Shown here in pieces: positions 55,135-64,000 of a stretch of DNA of 64,000 nt. The stretch covers positions 4,672,001 through 4,736,000 of the forward strand of contig CM000152.2 in assembly GCA_000004695.1 (NCBI GenBank), written 5' to 3'. The number at the start of each line of letters is the position of its first letter. Position 1 is the stretch's first letter. The notes under the pieces were generated by a model. That model saw only the letters and a program-made list of their open reading frames with translations, made no database searches and was not told the DNA's origin. Position numbers and translations under genes: made by a program. This stretch comes from Dictyostelium discoideum (Eukaryota).

Positions 55135-55361
55135 TTAATTAATTAATTAATTATTCATAAATTAAGTAATTATAGAAAATAATCAAGAAAGAAAAAAAAA
55201 AAAAAAAAACTAAAAAAAAAAAAAACTAAAAAAAAAAAACTAAAAAAAAAAACTAAAAAAAACTTTCAATAAAGGTCTACTATAACTTGTTTTATTATTT
55301 TATCAGTTTTCTTTTTTTTTAAAGAGTTTTTTTTTATTTTAAATAAATTTTTTTTTTTAAA

Positions 55362-55600
55362 GAAAATATTATTGGTGGTCGATTTTTCTTTAGTTTTTAG
55401 GAAACTTTTTTTTTAAAGAGATTACTGTTGGTGCTCAAGATATTTCTTTAGGTTTTAGGAAACTTTTTTTTTTAAAAGAGATTATTATTGGTGCTCAAGA
55501 TATTTCTTTAGGTTTTAGGAAACTTTTTTTTTAAAGAGATTACTGTTGGTGCTCAAAATATTGCTTTAGTTTTTAGGAAACTTTTTTTTATTTTGAAAAC
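55362..55600. repeat. Minisatellite of about 59 bp in 4 tandem copies (unit roughly AAAGAGATTACTGTTGGTGCTCAAGATATTTCTTTAGGTTTTAGGAAAC(T)n).
   Basis: Four contiguous copies at 85-95% identity, immediately upstream of the duplicated promoter of SAP-family copy 1. Confidence 0.8.
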
Positions 55601-55822
55601 TCCCATTTTTTTTTTTATTACAAAATGTTTTTTCGTTTTTTCTCAAATCTGAAACCTTTTTATTTCTCAAATACCCAAGAATTATTTACTTTTTTTTTTT
55701 TTTTTTTTTTTATTTATTTTTTTTTTTATTTATTTATTTTTTTTTTTTTTTTTTTTTGTAATCATCCAAGATAATATTGAAACTATTTATTTATACAAAT
55801 AAAAAAAAAAAAAAAAAAAAAA

Positions 55823-56653
<831 letters not shown>

Positions 56654-56799
56654 TGAAAAAATAAATAAATAATAAAATAAAAATAAATTAATTAATAAAA
56701 AATAAAAATTTAATAAATAATAAAAAATAATGATTAGTTAATCAATCTATAGATATTTTCAAAAAAAAGTTTATTTTATTTTATTCCTAATTATTTTTC

Positions 56800-57180
56800 A
56801 AAATTAAAAGAGTGAAATTTGAAGTGATTGATGTATGGATACTGAGTTTCGAATGCCACTAGAGTTGTTGCAATGAATGATACAATAATCACCCATGCCA
56901 ATAAAGTAATAGTTCCCATCGGAATCTGTTATTCTCTCTTACCATCATTATTCTTATCTAATGAATGGTACTACTAAAACAATATTTTATTTATTATTGA
57001 TTGCGTTAATTTGAAATAATATTCACCTGTGGATTCGACCACTGAATCATATGAAATTACAACAAATTGATATTGAAAACCGTCGATATCTGTTTGAATT
57101 GTTGATGTTTCACCATTACCACTGTGTGTATATTAAAATATACATGTTCCCATGAAACAACTTAATCTCAAACCTTTAAC
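56800..57180 (-). repeat. Repeat island B: a non-AT-rich, degenerate coding-like element (minus orientation) homologous to island A at 11600..12420.
   Basis: The reverse complement of 57076..57120 (GGTAATGGTGAAACATCAACAATTCAAACAGATATCGACGG) matches 11631..11667 (GGTGGAACATCAACAATTCCAACAGATGTTGACGG) at about 33/38. A second block matches around ...AATGATGGTAAGAGAG versus AATGACAATGGTAAGTAAG. Frames are broken by stops. Confidence 0.4.
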
Positions 57181-57387
57181 AAGTATAAATTTTTTATATT
57201 ATTTATTTATTTCTTTTATTTTCTTTGTCTATATTAAATAATATCATTTGATTAAATGTAATATTTTTAATAAAAAAAAAAAACTCCCACCATTTTTTTA
57301 TTACAAAATGTTTTTTCGTTTTTTCTCAAATACCCAAGAATTATTTAATTTTTTTTTTTTTTTTTTTATTTATTTTTTTTTTTTATT

Positions 57388-57420
<33 letters not shown>

Positions 57421-57487
57421 TAATCATCCAAGATAATATTGAAACTATTTATTTATACAAATCAAAAAAAAAAAAAAAAAAAAAAAA

Positions 57488-57506
57488 ATGGGAGATGATG
57501 AAAGTG

Positions 57507-57557
<51 letters not shown>

Positions 57558-59902
57558 TTGGATGTAAAATTTTAAAAACAGTTATTAGTGGTAGGAGAAG
57601 TATATTATTGGAATCATATAATAATAATAATAAAAATAAAAATAATAATAATATTATTATTAAAAGCTATGAAGATGAATTTAATTTATTTAAATTAAAT
57701 AATAAAAAGGAGTTATCAATTGAAAAATTACAAACAATTGCAAAAGATAATGGATTACCATTTGATGAAAATGAAAATGATTTATATAATAGAATTGAAA
57801 TATATTATAATATTAAAATTAAATTAGAAAAAGAAGTTAAACAACAACATGATAATAATCCATTTAATAAAGGTCACCCAATATTATTAATTAATAATGA
57901 TAATAAAAATGAAATACTATTTTGGAAAGTTTTTAGAAATAAATTAATTTTTAAAAATATATTTTCAAATTTCAAATATTCAAATTTATTTAATTATTCA
58001 AGATTATTCTCAGTTTATAATATTTATAATGATTTTAATAATTGTATTGAAATCATTAGAGATAAAGTAAAATCAAATAGTTATTTAGCATTTGGTCATT
58101 GTTTAGATAATTTCAGTGGTTTGTCAACTATTTTAAAAAATATTAAAAAAGATACTCAAGAAAATCAATTATTTCATAACCGATTATTAAATAATTATTG
58201 TAATAAATTAATTCATGCTGGTAATTTTTTTAAAATTATTATTGAGTCATTTAATTTGTTAGCATTAAAATCATTTTTTAATAATAAAACTTTAAAAATT
58301 AAAAAAGTTAAAATTAATTTTGAAATTAATAAAATTTCAGAATTAAAATTTTTAGAATATTTATTTAATAATCATAAAGAATATATTGAAATTCAAAAAA
58401 TAATTATCACTATTTTAAAACCAAATATATTTGAAAAATTTAAATTGGGTGAATTAATAAAATTGGTTATGATATTATATGATGATGAAATTTACACAAA
58501 AATTGAAAAACTAGATAATTTAAAAAATAAATTAATATATAATAAAATTAAAGAATTTCAATTTTCAGATAAAGAATTAAATGAAAATTTATTAACACTT
58601 TTAAAACCAGTCACTAAATCAGACAGATTTTACATAAAATTAAATGATAATTATAATAATAAATTAAACATAATTTTTAAATATATTAATATATTTTACA
58701 AATTAGTTGGAGGATCAACTATAAAACCATTTGAATATTATTTCACTCACATGGGTGAAAAAGAATTAATTGAAAACAAACCAAATGAAATCAATCAAAG
58801 GCAAACTAAAATGGTGATAAATTCAAATATTAAAAGAATTCTTTTAAAAAATAATAATGATACACATGAAACTATCAATAGTATTAAATCAATTGATATG
58901 TTGGATTCCCTTTTTAATAATTATCAAGATCAATTTTTTAAAGATAGAAATGAAAATTGGAAATATGTTAATAGTATTACAATTTTAAAACATTATGAAA
59001 AATTAATGCTATCATTAGGTAGAAAATTTTCATTTAATAATTCTAATGTTATTGAGATTGGGTCAAAAGGAATTCAATCAAAATTATATTTAATAGCAAT
59101 TAATAATCCATCATTATATCAAGTAATTGGTGAAAAAAAAAAAAAAAAGGATTATGTTTTAAATTTAAATTTTATTGCCTTTCCAGGCAAATTAACTTTT
59201 ATATCATTAATAGAATCGAATTATTTTAAAAATATTAAAATTTCAGAATCCTTAGAATTTACTAAATATATTACTATATCAAGATGGATTTCAGATAATT
59301 GTATTTCAATTTTTTCTGATAATAATAAACCTGAAATTTATATTCAATTACCAAATTTAAAAAAAATTAATATTGTTAGTGGAATAAGTAGTGGTAGTGG
59401 TATAAGTAGTGGTAGTGGTGGTAATGATGGGAAAATTAAAATTATTTTAGATCAACTTCAATTAGTTCAAATTTTATATAATTCAAATCGTATTGATGAT
59501 ATTTTTAAAATTAAAAATTTAGATAGTAATATAATTACTAGTTTTATTAAAAATATAAGTCCACATATTTCATTAGATTTCGTTAATAGATTAATTATTA
59601 GAGGATATTTTAATAATTATCAAAAAAAAAATAATTTTTTAAATCAAATAGTTTTAAATAATAATCTTCCAATTATTAAATTTTTATATTTAAATCATAG
59701 TAGTTGTTTCTTTTATTATAATTTAAAAGATTTACTTTTATTAGCAATTAGTAATGATAATTATCAAATAGCTGAACTTTTTTTTGTATTTTGTAACTTT
59801 ACAAGAAAAGAATTGAAATCAGTAATAAAAACAAAATTTTCATTAATAGAACTAATCCATGGAAATAAATTAAAATTAGGAATAGAAATAATAAAAAAAT
59901 AA
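57488..59902 (+). CDS. SAP-family paralog copy 2 (804 aa), full length.
   Basis: MGDDESDN plus poly-Asn, then the [20 protein letters not shown] segment shared with the gene at 5792..11134. Next comes a SAP-like helix-extended-helix ([33 protein letters not shown]), then the family core ([75 protein letters not shown]). Single exon. Confidence 0.7.
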
Positions 59903-59919
59903 AAAATAAAATAAGAATT

Positions 59920-59970
<51 letters not shown>

Positions 59971-60143
59971 AAAGGAATAATTTTTTTTTATTTAGAAATA
60001 AAAAAAACTTCAAAAATTAGTGAAAAATAATAATAAATGTTTTTATCTATTTTTTTATTTAATATAGTTATAAAACCTCATTATTTGGGAAATTTTTTTT
60101 TTTTTTTTTTTTTTGATCAACCTAATGCCTAAAATAAATAATA

Positions 60144-60730
60144 ATGAATAAAAGAACAAGAGATGGTAACCAAGAATTTGGTGATAAAAAATTAAAAGAA
60201 AATAATTATAATGACAAAGATAATAATATTAAAAATAATGAATTTAAATCATTTAAATCAGAATAAAGAAGAGTTAACAATTGAAGAATTACAAACAATT
60301 GAATTAGATAATGGATTACCATTAAATGGTGATGAAAATGAATTGTGATAATAGAATTTAACAATATTATAATATTAAAATTAAATTAGAAAAAGAATTT
60401 AAAAAACAACAAGATAATAACCCATTTAATAAAAGTCAACCAATATTATTAGTAATTAATAATGATAATAAAAATGAAATACTATTTTGGAAAGTTTTTA
60501 GAAATAAATCAATTTTTAAAAAGGTATTTTCAAATTTCAAATATTCAAATATATTTAATTATTCAAGATTATTCTCAGTTTATCATATTATTAAAGATTT
60601 TAGTAATGGTAGCTAGCTACTCCCCTCGAAGAGGGGATGGTTAGCGGTGCGACAGGGGGGAGGAGACAGGGGGAACTGAAATCATTAGAGATAAAGTAAA
60701 ATCAAATAGTTATTTATCTTTTATAAGATT
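60144..60730 (+). pseudogene. SAP-family pseudogene. It has in-frame stops and frameshifts and carries a 68-nt GC-rich insertion.
   Basis: MNKRTRDGNQEFGDKKLKENNYNDKDNN...FKSE-stop, then EELTIEELQTIELDNGLPLNGDENEL-stop-stop, then [62 protein letters not shown]. Next comes the GC-rich insert, then [14 protein letters not shown], and homology ends about 60730. Closest to copy 3 (MNKRTRDKND...). Confidence 0.6.
60610..60677. other. GC-rich (about 62% GC) 68-nt insertion with a perfect 7-bp hairpin (TCCCCTC-GAA-GAGGGGA) and a GCTAGC palindrome, interrupting the SAP-family pseudogene.
   Basis: GCTAGCTACTCCCCTCGAAGAGGGGATGGTTAGCGGTGCGACAGGGGGGAGGAGACAGGGGGAACT replaces a few bases between the ...DFNN and CIEIIRDK codons that are conserved in copies 2 and 3. 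No tRNA T-loop (box B) or other recognisable RNA motif. Confidence 0.6.
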
Positions 60731-61269
60731 ATTAATATTACGAGCATTAAAAAAAAAAATTAGAACAAACAACATTTAATTTTGTATTTAAACCATAAAA
60801 ATTCCTGCCTATTTAAAAAAAAAAAAAAAAAAAAAACAAATTAAAAGAGAATATATTTTAAAAAAAATAAAAAATAAACTTTATTTTATTACTATTAAAT
60901 TAAATATTATTGTTATTCTTAATCAAATATATTTTAACAAAAAAAAAAAAAAATAACCCCATCCAAATTAATAATAGACATTTTTTTATAGATCTATGAT
61001 ATTTGAAATTTGATTTAGAAAATTTTGAACATCTTTAAAAATAATATTTAGTTAAAAAAAATTAAATTTGAAAATAAAAAAAAAAAAGCCTTTTCGAATA
61101 TTTAAATTATCCTTTTGGCAATTAAACCCATTTATTTTTTTTTTTTTTAATTTTTTTTTATTTTATTTTATTTTTTTATTTTTTTTCTTTTTTTTTTTTT
61201 GGTAAGACCACTTTTTAATTTTTTTTTTATTTTTTTTATTTTTTTATTTTCAATAAATTGGTTAGAAAA

Positions 61270-62867
61270 ATGAATAAAAGAACAAGAGATAAGAATGACC
61301 TAGATTTAAATGAAGAAGAGGGAATTAATAATAAAAAATTAAAAGAAGATAATGATAGTAGTAGTAATATTGTTAAAAGTTATGAAAATGAATTTGAATC
61401 GTTTAAATTAAAGAAAATAGGAGGGGAATTATCAATAAAAAAGTTACAAACAATTTTAAAAGATATTGGATTACCACATAGTGGTAGAAAAGTTGATTTA
61501 ATTAATAGAATAGAACAATATTATAATATTAAAATCAAATTAGAAAAAGAAGTTGAACAACAACAAAATAATAATCCATTTAATAAAAGCCAACCAATAT
61601 TATTAATTAAAAATGATTATGAAATACCATTTTGGAAAGTTTTTAGAAATAAATCAATATTTAAAAATATATTTTCAAATTTCAAATATTCAAATATATT
61701 TAATTATTCAAGATTATATTCAGTTAATAATATTTTTAATGATTTTAATAATTGTATTGAAATCATTAGAGATAAAGTAAAATCAAATAGTTATTTAGCA
61801 TTTAAACAAATTAAAGATTTAGATGAATATAGTATAAAAACCAATGAAACAACAGACGAAGATGGATTAATAAAGATTTTAGATAGCTTTAAAGAAGAAA
61901 CTCAAGAAAATCGATTATTTTATACTCGATTTATAAATAACTATTGTAATAAATCAATTCACCCTTTAATTTTACTTGGTAGAATCGTTAAAGCTTCAAA
62001 TTTATTAGCATTAAAATCATTTCTCAATACAGAAATATATGTTAAAAGTAAAATTCAAATTAAAATTGAAATTAACAAATTTTCAGATTTACAAATCTTA
62101 GAGTTTTTAATTAATAAATACTATAGAAATAATGATGATAATAATAAAAAAGAAAAAGAAAGTGAAAAAGAAAGTGAAAAAGAAAGTGAAAAAGAAAAAG
62201 AAAAAGAAAAAGAAAGTGAAAAAGAAAAAGAAAGTGAAAAAGAAAAAGAAAGTGAAAAAGAAAGTGAAAAAGATAGTGAAAAAGATAGTGAAAAAGAAAA
62301 AGAAAAAGAAAAAGAAAAAGAAAAAGAAAAAGAAAAAGAAAAAGAAAAAGAAAAAGAAAAAGAAGAAAAAGAAGAACTTATTCAAAAAGATTTAAATGAA
62401 AATGAAATTGATAATCTTAAAAAATTAAAAGAAGGTAGTGAAGGTAATGATAATGATAAAAAAAAAGATGAACAAGATGAAAATTTAGTTTTTATTGAAT
62501 CAATTCGTATAAATGATTTCAATATATTTAAAGAACTTAAATTAGGTGAATTAATTCATTTAGCTAAAACAATATATCAAAATGAAAAAATTGTTAAATT
62601 ATTAGAATTACCAACCTATCATAAAGTTTCAATAGATTTTCCAGAATACATCTTTTTTTCATTAGGTGAAGAATTTAAAAATGATTATATTATAGAGAGA
62701 ATTAGAGAATCCAAACTTGATTTTTCAAATAAAATTAAAGAGGGTTTATCTTTTTTTAATGAAATTAAAGAATTTCAATTTACAGATAAAGAATTAAATG
62801 AAAATTTATTTATGCTTTTAAAACCATTAACAAATTGGGATAGACATTTTTCAAAATTAAATGATAA

Positions 62868-62905
<38 letters not shown>

Positions 62906-64000
62906 TCAATAATAATAGTAATGAACAAGGTTGTGAATTATCATTAGTAAAATATAATATTTTAGAATTATATAATAATAAATTAAGAAAGAATTATCAA
63001 AGATTAGAAGAATATTTTAGATTTCAAAGATATGAATTTGCTCAAAAAGATTTTAAAGAAATTTCAAGTATTCATAAGGAACAAATTGAAATTGAAAAAG
63101 AAATTGAAAGTTTATTTCAAAAAGAAAATGAATTTATTGAAAAACAAAATGAAAAAGATAGACTTCTTGAATCGGATGAAATTTGTAAAAAGAAAAAGAT
63201 AGTATTAGGTTACATATTTTTACTATTCAATTTATCAATGCCAAGAAGGAAACCAATTGAATATTATCTATCTTTTAAAGATGAAAAAAAGGTCATTGCA
63301 TATGGCACTCAAATGAAAGATGAATTTTTAAATTATGGTATACCAAATAATGAGATACTAAGTAGAATTTCAGAGATTGGGTATGGGTCAAATACAAGAG
63401 ACCGATTTAAAATGATAATGAATTCAAAGTTTTTAATTGAAAAGCCATTTAAAGAACATTTTATTAATCCATTGAATTCACCTTTAATCATTGCCAATGT
63501 TAAATCAAAGGATATGTTGGATTTATTATTTAAAAATTTTAATCAACAATTCTTTAAAGATAATAATAGAAATTGGAAATATTGTAATAGTATAGAGATT
63601 ATAGAATATTATGAAAAGTTAATGCAATCATTGGGTAGAAAATTCTTATTCTCTTTTGATTTTGCTAACCGTTGTACAATAGAATGCAAAGGAATTGATA
63701 TTTATCCAAAACTATTATCAAGAGCAATCAGTAATCCAACACTTTATAATCATAGTTCAAATCTTGCTCCAAAAGAAAGATTATTAAAAATCAATGATAG
63801 AACCATTGTAAAACAAAGAGCATTCCTATCGTTATTAGAATTAAATTATTTTAAAACTATTACATTTGACCGATCTTTTACTTTTAACAAATATTCTTAT
63901 AAAATTTCAAGATGGATTTCTGATAATTGTATTTCAAATATATCAAAACTCAATTTTAATGATAATGGTTATACAAAAATTAAAATTCAATTACCAAATA
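61270..64000 (+). CDS. SAP-family paralog copy 3. More than 910 aa lie within the window and the open frame continues past the window end.
   Basis: ATG at 61270. The frame was verified codon by codon to 64000 with no stop; it is absent from the ORF track only because it runs off the end. It has a classic SAP domain (GELSIKKLQTILKDIGLPHSGRKVDLINRIEQYY) and the family core ([84 protein letters not shown]). It also has a (GAAAAAGAAAGT)n coding minisatellite at 62143..62375 (SEKE/KEKE repeats) and poly-Asn at 62870..62910. Confidence 0.7.

Noticed and set aside
55362-55600. The 59-bp tandem repeat considered as a CRISPR array
   Set aside because: The units are directly contiguous with no unique spacers, there are only 4 of them and they have degenerate T-runs. 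The window is eukaryotic, with spliceosomal introns throughout. This is an ordinary minisatellite.
57283-57300. CTCCCACCA / CTCCCATT motifs upstream of SAP-family copies as DUSE elements marking a Pol III/ncRNA gene
   Set aside because: They are one mismatch from the [AT]CCCA[CT]AA consensus. They sit about 190 bp (not about 60 bp) upstream of a protein-coding ATG, and no ncRNA-like sequence follows. They are probably just part of the duplicated promoter.
60610-60677. GC-rich insert considered as a tRNA gene or tRNA fragment
   Set aside because: TGGTTAGCGG weakly resembles a D-loop. There is no acceptor-stem pairing, no anticodon arm and no T-loop/box B (GGTTCGANTCC), so tRNA identity is not supported. 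It is kept as an unexplained insertion.

Overview
This window is eukaryotic nuclear DNA with the hallmarks of a Dictyostelium-type social amoeba genome, not a prokaryotic locus. It is about 78% A+T overall, with intergenic and intron sequence close to pure A/T, long (AAT)n and (CAA)n tracts that encode poly-Asn and poly-Gln inside genes, and short AT-rich introns with GTAAGT...(T)nAG boundaries. Several 'M' starts in the ORF track are actually TTG or GTG, so I re-derived gene models by hand. I can support about 28 protein-coding genes and pseudogenes. Several are multi-exon and some are missing from the ORF track. The conserved genes include alpha-amylase, a YIPF1-like protein, a CobW GTPase, RCHY1/Pirh2, BTF3, the BCKDH E2 subunit, an ADCK1-like kinase, YJU2B/CWC16, mitochondrial ribosomal protein bL28, NOA1/YqeH, a cathepsin-L-like protease, a universal stress protein (USP) domain protein, a GH128 hydrolase, GMP synthase, PUS1, SART1, UPF2, a NADAR protein and ArfGAP1. 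There is also a large FNIP-repeat pseudokinase gene with a cryptic 5' exon. No CRISPR array, operon or prokaryotic defence system is present. The most unusual biology is structural. First, a tandem cluster (55.6 to beyond 64 kb) of a lineage-specific SAP-domain gene family: three genes plus a pseudogene that carries a 68-nt GC-rich hairpin insertion, and whose members appear to have been remodelled by recombination at poly-Asn codon repeats. Second, a 60-nt near-identical segment shared between that family and the unrelated FNIP pseudokinase 48 kb away. Third, a recently duplicated (or gene-converted) gene pair 2 kb apart whose exons are about 99% identical while the introns differ. Fourth, two decayed copies of a dispersed non-AT-rich element. 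Fifth, several long perfect palindromes in intergenic DNA. Sixth, an apparent homopolymer frameshift in the NADAR gene. Seventh, two unannotated small genes: a two-exon cysteine-rich 53-aa protein and a 39-aa ORF. All exon boundaries are hand-derived from frame and motif continuity and need transcript evidence.
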